Source: Eledone cirrhosa (lineage: Eukaryota). Taken from it: a stretch of DNA of 64,000 nucleotides. Shown piece by piece: positions 41,347 through 55,224 of the stretch (its first letter is position 1; each line of letters opens with the position of its first letter). The notes under the pieces are model-generated. The model did no database searches, was not told the DNA's origin, and saw nothing but the letters and a program-made list of their open reading frames with translations. The stretch spans positions 174,406,001 through 174,470,000 of the forward strand of contig OZ024741.1 of assembly GCA_964016885.1 (NCBI GenBank). Direction: 5' to 3'. The position numbers were made by a program, and so were the translations under genes.

Positions 41347-43678
41347 AGCCTGTAACTCACTACTCTATATACTCACAGCCTGTAACTCACTACTCTATAT
41401 ACTCAGAGCCAGCAACTCATTACTCTATATACTCACAGCCAGCATCTCACTACTCTATATACTCACAGCCAGCAACTCATTACTCTATATACTCACAGCC
41501 TGTAAGTCACTACTCTATATACTCACAGCCAACAACTCACTACACTGTATACTCACAACCTATGATTCACTACTCTATATACTCACAGCCAGCAACTCAC
41601 TACTCTGTATACTCACAGTCAATGATTCCCTACTCCATATACTCACAGCCAACAACTTACTACTCTATATACTCACAGCCAGCATCTCACTACTCTGTAT
41701 ACTCACAGCCTGCAACTCATTACTCTATATACTCACAGCCAGCATCTCACTACTCTATATACTCACAGCCAGCAACTCATTACTCTATATACTCACAGCC
41801 TGTAAGTCACTACTCTATATACTCACAGCCAACAACTCACTACACTGTATACTCACAGCCAATTTTTCACTACTCTATATACTCACAGCCAGCAACTCAC
41901 TACTCTGTATACTCACAGCCTGTAACCTACTACTCCATATACTCACAGCCAGCAACTCACTACTCTATATACTCACAACCAGTGACTCACTAATCTGTTT
42001 ACTCATAGCCTATGATTCACTACTCTGTATACTCTCAGCCAGCAATTAACTACTTTATATACTCACAGCCAGTAACGCTCTAATCTATATACTCTCAGCC
42101 AGCAACTCACTACTCTATATACTCTCAGCCAGCAACTCATTACTCTATATACTCTCAGCCTGTAACTCACTACTCTATATACTCACAGCCAGTAACTTAC
42201 TACTCTATATACTCACAGCCATCAACTCACTACTCTGTATACTCACAGCCAATGATTCACTACTCTATATACTCACAGCCAGCAACTCACTACTCTGTAT
42301 ACTCACAGCCAGTGACTTACTACTCTATATACTCACAGCTAGTAACTCCCTACTCCATATTCTCACAGCCAGCAACTAACTTCTCCTTATCCTCTCAGCC
42401 AGCAACTCACTACTCTGTATACTCACAACCAGTTACTCACGACTCCATATACTCGCAGCCAATGACTCACTACTCTATATACCCACAGCCAGCAACTCAA
42501 TACTCTGTATACTCACAGCCAGTGATTCACGACTCCATATACTCACAGCCAGCAACTCACTACTCTATATACTCACAGTGAGTGACTCACTGCTCTATGT
42601 ACTCACAGCCAATGATTCACTACTCTGTATACTCTCAGCCAGCACCTTACTACTCTATATACTCTCAGCCAGTGACTTACTACACTATATACTCACAGCC
42701 AGTAACTCTCTACTCCATATACTCACAGCCAGCAACTCACTACTCTGTATACACACAGCCTGTAACTCATTACTCTATATACTCACAGCCTGCAACTCAC
42801 TACTCTATATACTCACAGCCAGCAACTCACTACTCTGCATACTCACAGCCAATGATTCACAAATCTATATACTCACAGCCAGCAACTCACTGCTCTGTAT
42901 ACTCACAGACTGTAACTCACTACTCCATATAATCACAGCCAGTAACTCACTACTCTATATACTCACAACCAGTGACTCACTACTCTATATATTCACAGCC
43001 AATGATTGCCTACTCTGTATACTCTCAGCCAGCAACTCACTAGTCTATTTTCTCATAGCCTGTAACTCACTACTCTATATACTCACAGCCAGCAACTCAC
43101 TACTCTGTATACTCGCAGCCAATGATTCCCTACTCTGTATACTCTCAGCCAGCAACTCACTACTCTATATACTCACTACTCCATATACTCAGCCAGCAAC
43201 TTACTACTCCATATACTCACAGCCAGCAGCTCAGTGCTCTATATACTCACAGCCAGTGACTTACTACTCTATACTCTCACAACCAGTAACTCTCTACTCT
43301 ATATACTCACAGCCAGCAACTCACTAATCTATATACTCACAGCCAGCAACTCACTACTCTATATACTCACAGTCAGTAACTCACTACTCCATATACTCAC
43401 AGCCATGAACTCACTACTCTATATACTCAGAACCAGTGACTCACTACTCTGTATACTCATAGCCAGTGATTCAATACTCTATATACTCACAGCCAGCAAC
43501 TCACTACTCTATATACTCACAGCCAGTGACTTACTACTCTATATATTCACAGCCAGTAACTCTCTACTCTATATACTCACAGCCAGTGATTCAATACTCT
43601 ATATACTCACAGCCAGTAAATCACTACTCTATATACTCACAGCCAGTGCCTCACTGTTTTATATACTCACAGCAAGCC

Positions 43679-44417
43679 AAGATCTTGATCCCACTTATTT
43701 CAAACCATACTTCTCTGCAGCATGTAACAGAAGAATTCACCTGCACCTTCATTACAGACGGGGTCACCTGTTTCTGTGTCCCAGATGGCATCTTATCAGA
43801 CCATGGACCTCAATTCACCTCAAAGCTGTGAAATGACATGTGTGGGCTCTTTGGCATCAACATGAAACACACAAAAGCCTTTCCCCAGCAGAGGCTGTCA
43901 TAAGCATGTCCCACCAACCCTTGATGATTAACAGTTGTCAAAGAACCAATTAACTACACAACAATCAACAGTTCTAATGGGGAGCTATGTAGAACATTAC
44001 CTTTGAGCTTATAAAAGATAAACTGTTAACTGTGTTCATTTACTGCAAACTTGGTGTTTGACTCTGCAGTGGGAAATTTTCCAGTGGGCTTTACAGTATG
44101 TCTGGACTTCAGAGGTTGTTCTTTCTTTCTTACATCTGTAAATGTTTGTTGTTGAATAAATAATAATCCAACAAATCACTGTTTGCTGTTAACCTTATTA
44201 TGAATATAGTGTAACAAAGCTGTGCTAGTACTGTAAACCATGCAAATAAAATTAAGAACTCATTATTATCTAACTGTTTTGATACCAAAACAACATGAAC
44301 TGTCCTTAGTTTTATGATACAAAACTGTTCATCCTTATATTGAAACTTTCCATCATAATTTTATCATAATTTTATGTAAGAACATTTTGTTTCTAACATC
44401 AGCTTAACTTCAAAAAC
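43679..44417. repeat. Cassette copy 4 (mosaic of copy 2/3-type left part and copy 1-type right part)
   Basis: TGA stop as in copies 2/3. The 11-bp duplication and aacttcaaaaac are as in copy 1. Confidence 0.93.
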
Positions 44418-47167
44418 AGCCTGTAACTCACTACTCTATATACTCACAGCCTGTAACTCACTACTCTATATACTCACAGCCTGTAACTCACTACTCTATA
44501 TACTCAGAGCCAGCAACTCACTACTCTGTATACTCACAGCCTATGATTCACTACTCTATATACTCACAGCCAGCAACTCACTACTCTGTATGCTCACAGC
44601 CAATGATTCCCTACTCCATATACTCACAGCCAGCAACTTACTACTCTATATACTCACAGCCAGTGTCTTACTATTCTATACACTCAGAGCCAGTAACTCT
44701 CTACTGTATATACTCACAGCCAGCAACTCACTACTTTATATACTCACAGCCAGCAACTCACTACTCTATATACTCACAGCCAGCAACTCACTACTCTGTA
44801 TACTCACAGCCAATGATTCCCTACTCCATATACTCATAGCCAGCAACTTACTACTCTATATACTCACAGCCAGCAACTCCCTACTCTATATACTCACAGC
44901 CAGTGTCTTACTACTCTATACACTCACAGCCAGTAACTCTCTACTCTATATACTCACAGCCAGCAACTCACTACTCTATATACTCACAGCCAGCATCTCA
45001 CTACTCTATATACTCACAGCCAGCAACTCACTACTCTGTATACTCACAGCCTGTAACTCACTACTCTATATACTCACAGCCTGTAACTCACTACTCTATA
45101 TACTCAGAGCCAACAACTCACTACTCTGTATACGCACAGCCAATGATTCACTACTCTATATACTCACAGCCAGCAACTCACTACTCTGTATACTCACAGC
45201 CAATGATTCCCTACTCTGTATACTCTTAGCCAGCAACTCACTACTCTATATACTCACTACTCCATATACTCAGCCAGCAACCTACTACTCTATATACTCA
45301 CAGCCAGCAACTCACTACTCTGTATACTCACAGCCAATGATTCACTACTCTATATAGTCACAGCCAGCCACTCACTACTCTATATACTCTCAGCCAGCAA
45401 CTCATTACTCTATATCCTCTCAGCCTTTAACTCACTAATCTATATACTCACAGCCAGTGACTTACTACTCTATATACTCAGAGCCAGTAACTCTCTACTC
45501 TATATACTCACAGCTAGTAACTCACTACTCCATATACTCACAGCCAACAACTAACTACTCCATGTCCTCCCAGCCAGCAACTCACTACTCTATATAATCT
45601 CAGCCAGCAACTCATTACTCTATATCTTCTCAGCCTTTAACTCACTACTCTATATACTCACAGCCAGTAACTCTCTACTCCATATACTCACAGCCAGCAA
45701 CTCACTACTCTGTATACTCACAGCCTGTAACTCATTATTCTATATACTCACAGCCTGTAACTCACTACTCTATATACTCACAGCCAGCAACTCACTACTC
45801 TGTATACTCACAGCCAATGATTCACAACTCTATATACTCACAGCCAGCAACTCACTGCTCTGTATACTCACAGCCTGTAACTCGCTACTCTATATACTCA
45901 CAACTAGTGACTCACTACTCTATATATTCACAGCCAATGATTTCCTACTCTGTATACTCTCAGCCAGCAACTCACTAGTCTATTTACTCATAGCCTGTAA
46001 CTCACTACTCTATATACTGAGAGCTAGCAACTCACTACTATGTATACTCACAGCCAATGATTCACTACTCTATATACTCACAGCCAGCAACTCACTACTC
46101 TGTATACTCACTACTCCATAAACTCAGCCAGCAACTTACTACTCTATATATTCACAGCCAGCAACTCTCTACTCTATATACTCACAGCCAGTGACTTACT
46201 ACTCTATACACTCACAGCCAGTAACTCTCTACTCTATATACTCACAGCCAGCAACTCACTAATCTATATACACACAGCCAGCAACTCACTACTCTTTATA
46301 CTCACAGCCTATGATTCACTACTCTATATACTCACCGCCAGCAACTCACTACTCTGTATACTCACAGCCAATGATTCCCTACTCCATATACTCACAGCCA
46401 GCATCTTACTACTCTATATACTCACAGCCAGCAACTCACTACTCTATATACTCACAGCCAGCAACTCACTTCTCTATATACTCACAGCCAGCAGCTCACT
46501 ACTCTGTATACTCACAGCCAGTAACTCACTACTCTATATACTCACAGCCTGTAACTCACTACTCTATATACTCAGAGCCAGCAACTCACTACTCTGTATA
46601 CTCGCAGCCAATGATTCACTACTCTATATAGTCACAGCCAGCAACTCACTACTCTATATACTCACTACTCCATATACTCAGCCAGCAACCTACTACTCAA
46701 TATACTCACAGCCAGCAACTCACTACTCTATATACTCACAGCCAGTGACTTACTACTCTATACACTCACAGCCAGTAACTCTCTACTCTATATACTCACA
46801 GCCAGCAACTCACTACACTATATACTCGCAGCTAGTGACTCACTATTCCATATACTCTCAGCCAGCAACTCACTACTCCATATACTCACAGCCAGCAACT
46901 CACTACTCTACATACTCACAACCAGTGACTCACTACTCTGTATACTCACAGCCAGTGATTCAATACTCTATATACTCACAGCCAGCAACTCACTACTCTA
47001 TATACGCACAGCCAGTGACTTACTACTCTATATATTCACAACCAGTAACTCTCTACTCTATATACGCACAGCCAGTGATTCAATACTCTATATACTCACA
47101 GCCAGTAACTCACTACTCTATATACTCACAGCCAGTGACTCACTGTTTTATATACTCACAGCAAACC

Positions 47168-47896
47168 AAGATCTTGATCCCACTTATTTCAAACCATACT
47201 TCTCTGCAGCATGTAACAGAAGAATTCACCTGCACCTTCATTACAGACGGGGTCACCTGTTTCTGTGTCCCAGATGGCATCTTGTCAGACCATGCACCTC
47301 AATTCACCTCAAAGCTGTGGAATGACATGTGTGGGCTCTTTGACATCAACATGAAACACACAAAAGCCTTTCCCCAGCAGAGGCTGTCATAAGCATGTCC
47401 CACCGACCCTTGATGATTAACTGTTGCCAAAGAACCAATTAACTACACAACAATCAACAGTTCTAAGGGGGAGCTATGTAGAACATTACCTTTGAGCTTA
47501 TAAAAGATAAACTGTTAACTGTGTTCATTTACTGCAAACTTGGTGTTTGACTCTGCAGTGGGAAATTTTCCCAGTGGGCTTTACAGTATGTCTGGACTTC
47601 AGAGGTTGTTCTTTCTTTCTTACATCTGTCAATGTTTGTTATTGAATAAATAATAATCCAACAAATCACTGTTTGCTGTTAACCATATTATGAATATAGT
47701 TTAACAAAGCTATGCTAGTACTGTAAACCATGCAAATAAAATTAAGAACTCATTATTTTTCAACTGTTTTGATTCCAAAACAACATAAACTGTCCTTAGT
47801 TTTATGATACAAAACTGTTCATTCTTATATTGAAACTTTCCATCATAATTTTATGTAAGAACATTTTGTTTCTAACATCAGCATAACTTGAAAAAC
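47168..47896. repeat. Cassette copy 5
   Basis: SDHAPQF variant. Confidence 0.95.
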
Positions 47897-48728
47897 AGCC
47901 TGTAACTCACTACTCTATATACTCACAGCCTGTAACTCACTACTCTATATACTCACAGCCTGTAACTCACTACTCTATATACTCAGAGCCAGCAACTCAC
48001 TACTCTGTATACTCACAGCCTATGATTCACTACTCTATATACTCACAGCCAGCAACTCACTACTCTGTATACTCGCAGCCAATGATTCACTACTCTATAT
48101 ACTCCCAGCCAGCAACTCACTACTCTGTATACTCACAGCCAATGATTCCCTACTCTGTTTACTCTCAGCCAGCAACTCACTACTCTATATACTCACTACT
48201 CCATATACTCAGCCAGCAACCTACTACTTTATATACTCACAGCCAGCAACTCACTACTCTATATACTCACAGCCAGTGACTTACTACTCTATACACTCAC
48301 AGCCAGTAACTCTCTACTCTATATACTCACAGTCAGCAACTCACTACTCTATATACTCACAGCCAGTGACTCACTACTTCATATACTCTCAGCCAGCAAC
48401 TCACTACTCTATATACTCCCAGCCAGTGACTCACTATTCCATATACTCACAGCCAGCAACTCACTACTCTATATACTCACAGCCAGTAACTCACTACTCC
48501 ATATACTCACAGCCAGCAACTCACTACTCTACATACTCACAACCAGTGACTCACTACTCTATATACTCACAGCCAGTGACTTACTACTCTATATATTCAC
48601 AGCCAGTAACTCTCTACTCCATATACTCACAGCCAGTGATTCAATGCTCTATATACTCACAGCCAGTAACTCACTACTCTATATACTCACAGCCAGTGAC
48701 CCACTGTTTTATATACTCACAGCTAACC

Positions 48729-49457
48729 AAGATCTTGATCCCACTTATTTCAAACCATACTTCTCTGCAGCATGTAACAGAAGAATTCACCTGCACCTTC
48801 ATTACAGACGGGGTCACCTGTTTCTGTGTCCCAGATGGCATCTTGTCAGACCATGCACCTCAATTCACCTCAAAGCTGTGGAATGACATGTGTGGGCTCT
48901 TTGACATCAACATGAAACACACAAAAGCCTTTCCCCAGCAGAGGCTGTCATAAGCATGTCCCACCGACCCTTGATGATTAACTGTTGCCAAAGAACCAAT
49001 TAACTACACAACAATCAACAGTTCTAAGGGGGAGCTATGTAGAACATTACCTTTGAGCTTATAAAAGATAAACTGTTAACTGTGTTCATTTACTGCAAAC
49101 TTGGTGTTTGACTCTGCAGTGGGAAATTTTCCCAGTGGGCTTTACAGTATGTCTGGACTTCAGAGGTTGTTCTTTCTTTCTTACATCTGTCAATGTTTGT
49201 TATTGAATAAATAATAATCCAACAAATCACTGTTTGCTGTTAACCATATTATGAATATAGTTTAACAAAGCTATGCTAGTACTGTAAACCATGCAAATAA
49301 AATTAAGAACTCATTATTTTTCAACTGTTTTGATTCCAAAACAACATAAACTGTCCTTAGTTTTATGATACAAAACTGTTCATTCTTATATTGAAACTTT
49401 CCATCATAATTTTATGTAAGAACATTTTGTTTCTAACATCAGCATAACTTGAAAAAC
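48729..49457. repeat. Cassette copy 6
   Basis: 1561 bp after copy 5. Confidence 0.95.
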
Positions 49458-50289
49458 AGCCTGTAACTCACTACTCTATATACTCACAGCCTGTAACTCA
49501 CTACTCTATATACTCACAGCCTGTAACTCACTACTCTATATACTCAGAGCCAGCAACTCACTACTCTGTATACTCACAGCCTATGATTCACTACTCTATA
49601 TACTCACAGCCAGCAACTCACTACTCTGTATACTCGCAGCCAATGATTCACTACTCTATATACTCCCAGCCAGCAACTCACTACTCTGTATACTCACAGC
49701 CAATGATTCCCTACTCTGTTTACTCTCAGCCAGCAACTCACTACTCTATATACTCACTACTCCATATACTCAGCCAGCAACCTACTACTTTATATACTCA
49801 CAGCCAGCAACTCACTACTCTATATACTCACAGCCAGTGACTTACTACTCTATACACTCACAGCCAGTAACTCTCTACTCTATATACTCACAGTCAGCAA
49901 CTCACTACTCTATATACTCACAGCCAGTGACTCACTACTTCATATACTCTCAGCCAGCAACTCACTACTCTATATACTCCCAGCCAGTGACTCACTATTC
50001 CATATACTCACAGCCAGCAACTCACTACTCTATATACTCACAGCCAGTAACTCACTACTCCATATACTCACAGCCAGCAACTCACTACTCTACATACTCA
50101 CAACCAGTGACTCACTACTCTATATACTCACAGCCAGTGACTTACTACTCTATATATTCACAGCCAGTAACTCTCTACTCCATATACTCACAGCCAGTGA
50201 TTCAATGCTCTATATACTCACAGCCAGTAACTCACTACTCTATATACTCACAGTCAGTGACCCACTGTTTTATATACTCACAGCTAACC

Positions 50290-51018
50290 AAGATCTTGAT
50301 CCCACTTATTTCAAACCATACTTCTCTGCAGCATGTAACAGAAGAATTCACCTGCACCTTCATTACAGACGGGGTCACCTGTTTCTGTGTCCCAGATGGC
50401 ATCTTGTCAGACCATGCACCTCAATTCACCTCAAAGCTGTGGAATGACATGTGTGGGCTCTTTGACATCAACATGAAACACACAAAAGCCTTTCCCCAGC
50501 AGAGGCTGTCATAAGCATGTCCCACCGACCCTTGATGATTAACTGTTGCCAAAGAACCAATTAACTACACAACAATCAACAGTTCTAAGGGGGAGCTATG
50601 TAGAACATTACCTTTGAGCTTATAAAAGATAAACTGTTAACTGTGTTCATTTACTGCAAACTTGGTGTTTGACTCTGCAGTGGGAAATTTTCCCAGTGGG
50701 CTTTACAGTATGTCTGGACTTCAGAGGTTGTTCTTTCTTTCTTACATCTGTCAATGTTTGTTATTGAATAAATAATAATCCAACAAATCACTGTTTGCTG
50801 TTAACCATATTATGAATATAGTTTAACAAAGCTATGCTAGTACTGTAAACCATGCAAATAAAATTAAGAACTCATTATTTTTCAACTGTTTTGATTCCAA
50901 AACAACATAAACTGTCCTTAGTTTTATGATACAAAACTGTTCATTCTTATATTGAAACTTTCCATCATAATTTTATGTAAGAACATTTTGTTTCTAACAT
51001 CAGCATAACTTGAAAAAC
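50290..51018. repeat. Cassette copy 7
   Basis: 1561 bp after copy 6. Confidence 0.95.
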
Positions 51019-51850
51019 AGCCTGTAACTCACTACTCTATATACTCACAGCCTGTAACTCACTACTCTATATACTCACAGCCTGTAACTCACTACTCTAT
51101 ATACTCAGAGCCAGCAACTCACTACTCTGTATACTCACAGCCTATGATTCACTACTCTATATACTCACAGCCAGCAACTCACTACTCTGTATACTCGCAG
51201 CCAATGATTCACTACTCTATATACTCCCAGCCAGCAACTCACTACTCTGTATACTCACAGCCAATGATTCCCTACTCTGTTTACTCTCAGCCAGCAACTC
51301 ACTACTCTATATACTCACTACTCCATATACTCAGCCAGCAACCTACTACTTTATATACTCACAGCCAGCAACTAACTACTCTATATACTCACAGCCAGTG
51401 ACTTACTACTCTATACACTCACAGCCAGTAACTCTCTACTCTATATACTCACAGTCAGCAACTCACTACTCTATATACTCACAGCCAGTGACTCACTACT
51501 TCATATACTCTCAGCCAGCAACTCACTACTCTATATACTCCCAGCCAGTGACTCACTATTCCATATACTCACAGCCAGCAACTCACTACTCTATATACTC
51601 ACAGCCAGTAACTCACTACTCCATATACTCACAGCCAGCAACTCACTACTCTACATACTCACAACCAGTGACTCACTACTCTATATACTCACAGCCAGTG
51701 ACTTACTACTCTATATATTCACAGCCAGTAACTCTCTACTCCATATACTCACAGCCAGTGATTCAATGCTCTATATACTCACAGCCAGTAACTCACTACT
51801 CTATATACTCACAGCCAGTGACCCACTGTTTTATATACTCACAGCTAACC

Positions 51851-52579
51851 AAGATCTTGATCCCACTTATTTCAAACCATACTTCTCTGCAGCATGTAAC
51901 AGAAGAATTCACCTGCACCTTCATTACAGACGGGGTCACCTGTTTCTGTGTCCCAGATGGCATCTTATCAGACCATGGACCTCAATTCCCCTCAAATCTG
52001 TGGAATGACATGTGTGGGCTCTTTGACATCAACATGAAACACACAAAAGCCTTTCCCCAGCAGAGGCTGTCATAAGCATGTCCCACCGACCCTTGATGAT
52101 TAACAGTTGCCAAAGAACCAATTAACTACGTAACAATCAACAGTTCTAAGGGGGAGCTATGTAGAACATTACCTTTGAGCTTATAAAAGATAAACTGTTA
52201 ACTGTGTTCATTTACTGCAAACTTGGTGTTTGACTCTGCAGTGGGAAATTTTCCCAGTGGGCTTTACAGTATGTCTGGACTTCAGAGGTTGTTCTTTCTT
52301 TCTTACATCTGTCAATGTTTGTTGTTGAATAAATAATAATCCAACAAATCACTGTTTGCTGTTAACCTTATTATGAATATAGTTTAACAAAGCTATGGTA
52401 GTACTGTAAACCATGCAAATAAAATTAAGAACTCATTATTTTTTAACTGTTTTGATACCAAAACAACATAAACTGTCCTTAGTTTTATGATACAAAACTG
52501 TTCATTCTTATATTGAAACTTTCCATCATAATTTTATGTTAGAACATTTTGTTTCTAACATCAGCTTAACTTGAAAAAC
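51851..52579. repeat. Cassette copy 8
   Basis: 1561 bp after copy 7. QFPSNL variant shared with copy 1. Confidence 0.95.
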
Positions 52580-54495
52580 AGCCTGTAACTCACTACTCTA
52601 TATACTCACAGCCTGTAACTCACTACTCTATATACTCAGAGCCAGCAACTCACTACTCTGTATACTCACAGCCTATGATTCACTAATCTATATACTCACA
52701 GCCAGCAACTCACTACTCTGTATACTCATAGCCAATGATTCCCTACTCTGTATACTCTCAGCCAGCAACTCTCTACTCTATATACTCACTACTCCATATA
52801 CTCACAGCCAGCAACTTACTACTCTATATACTCACAGCCAGCAACTCACTACTCTATATACTCACATCCAGTGACTTACTATTCTATACACTCACAGCCA
52901 GTAACTCTCTACTCTATATACTCACAGCAAGCAACTCACTACTCTATATACTCACAGCCAGCAACTCACTACTCTATATAGTCACAGCCAGCAACTCACT
53001 ACTCTGTATTCTCACAGCCTGTAACTCACTACTCTATATACTCACAGCCTGTAACTCACTACTCTATATACTCAGAGCCAGCAACTCACTACTCTGTATA
53101 CTCGCAGCCAATGATTCACTACTCTATATACTCGCAGCCAGCAACTCACTACTCTGTATACTCATAGCCAATGATTCCCTACTCTGTATACTCTCAGCCA
53201 GCAACTCACTACTCTATATACTCACTACTCCATATACTCACAGCCAGCAACTTACTACTCTATATACTCACAGCCAGCAACTCACTACTCTATATACTCA
53301 CAGCCAGTGACTTACTACTCTATACACTCACAGCCAGTAACTCTCTACTCTATATACTCGCAGCCAGCAACTCACTACTCTATATACTCACAGCCAGCAA
53401 CTCACTACTCTATATACTCACAGCCAGTGACTCACTACTTCATATACTCACAGCCAGCAACTCACTACTCTATATACTCCCAGCCAGTGACTCACTATTC
53501 CATATTGTCACAGCCAGCAACTCACTACTCTATATATTCACAGCCAGTAACTCACTACTCCATATACTCACAGCCAGCAACTCACTATTCTATATACTCA
53601 CAACTAGTGACTCACTACTCTGTATACTCACAGCCAATGATTCCCTACTCCATATACTCACAGCCAGCAACTTACTACTCTATATACTCACAGCCAGTGA
53701 CTTACTACTCTATACACTCACAGCCAGTAACTCTCTACTCTATATACTCACAGCCAGCAACTCACTACTCTATATACTCACAGCCAGCAACTCACTACTC
53801 TATATACTCACAGCCAGCAACTCACTACTCTGTATACTCACAGCCTGTAACTCACTACTCTATATTCTCAGAGCCAGCAACTCACTACTCTGTATACTCG
53901 CAGCCAATGATTCACTACTCTATATACTCACAGCCAGCAACTCACTACTCTGTATACTCACAGCCAATGATTCCATACTCTGTATACTCTCAGCCAGCAA
54001 CTCACTACTCTATATACTCACTACTCTATACACTCACAGCCAGTAACTCTCTACTCTATATACTCACAGCCAGCAACTCACTACTCTATATACTCACAGC
54101 CAGCAACTCACTACTCTATATACTCCCAGCCAGTGACTCACTATTCCATATACTCACAGCCAGCAACTCACTACGCTATATATTCACTGCAAGTAACTCA
54201 CTACTCCATATACTCACAGCCAGCAACTCACTACTCTATATACTCACAACCAATGACTCACTACTCTGTATACTCACAGCCAGTGATTCAATACTCTATA
54301 TACTCACAGCCATCAACTCACTACTCTATATACTCACAGCCAGTGACTTACTACTCTATATATTCACAGCCAGTAACTCTCTACTCTATATACTCACAGC
54401 CAGTGATTTAATACTCTATTTACTCACAGCCAGTAACTCACTACTCTATATACTCACAGCCAGTGACTCACTGTTTTATATACTCACAGCAAACC

Positions 54496-55224
54496 AAGAT
54501 CTTGATCCCACTTATTTCAAACCATACTTCTCTGCAGCATGTAACAGAAGAATTCACCTGCACCTTCATTACAGACGGGGTCACCTGTTTCTGTGTCCCA
54601 GATGGCATCTTATCAGACCATGGACCTCAATTCACCTCAAAGCTGTGGAATGACATGTGTGGGCTCTTTGGCATCAACATGAAACACACAAAAGCCTTTC
54701 CCCAGCAGAGGCTGTCATAAGCATGTCCCACCGACCCTTGATGATTAACAGTTGCCAAAGAACCAATTAACTACGTAACAATCAACAGTTCTAAGGGGGA
54801 GCTATGTAGAACATTACCTTTGAGCTTATAAAAGATAAACTGTTAACTGTGTTCATTTACTGCAAACTTGGTGTTTGACTCTGCAGTGGGAAATTTTCCC
54901 AGTGGGCTTTACAGTATGTCTGGACTTCAGAGGTTGTTCTTTCTTTCTTACATCTGTCAATGTTTGTTGTTGAATAAATAATAATCCAACAAATCACTGT
55001 TTGCTGTTAACCTTATTATGAATATAGTTTAACAAAGCTATGCTAGTACTGTAAACCATGCAAATAAAATTAAGAACTCATTATTTTTTAACTGTTTTGA
55101 TACCAAAACAACATAAACTGTCCTTAGTTTTATGATACAAAACTGTTCATTCTTATATTGAAACTTTCCATCATAATTTTATGTTAGAACATTTTGTTTC
55201 TAACATCAGCTTAACTTGAAAAAC
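54496..55224. repeat. Cassette copy 9
   Basis: 2645 bp after copy 8. Confidence 0.95.
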
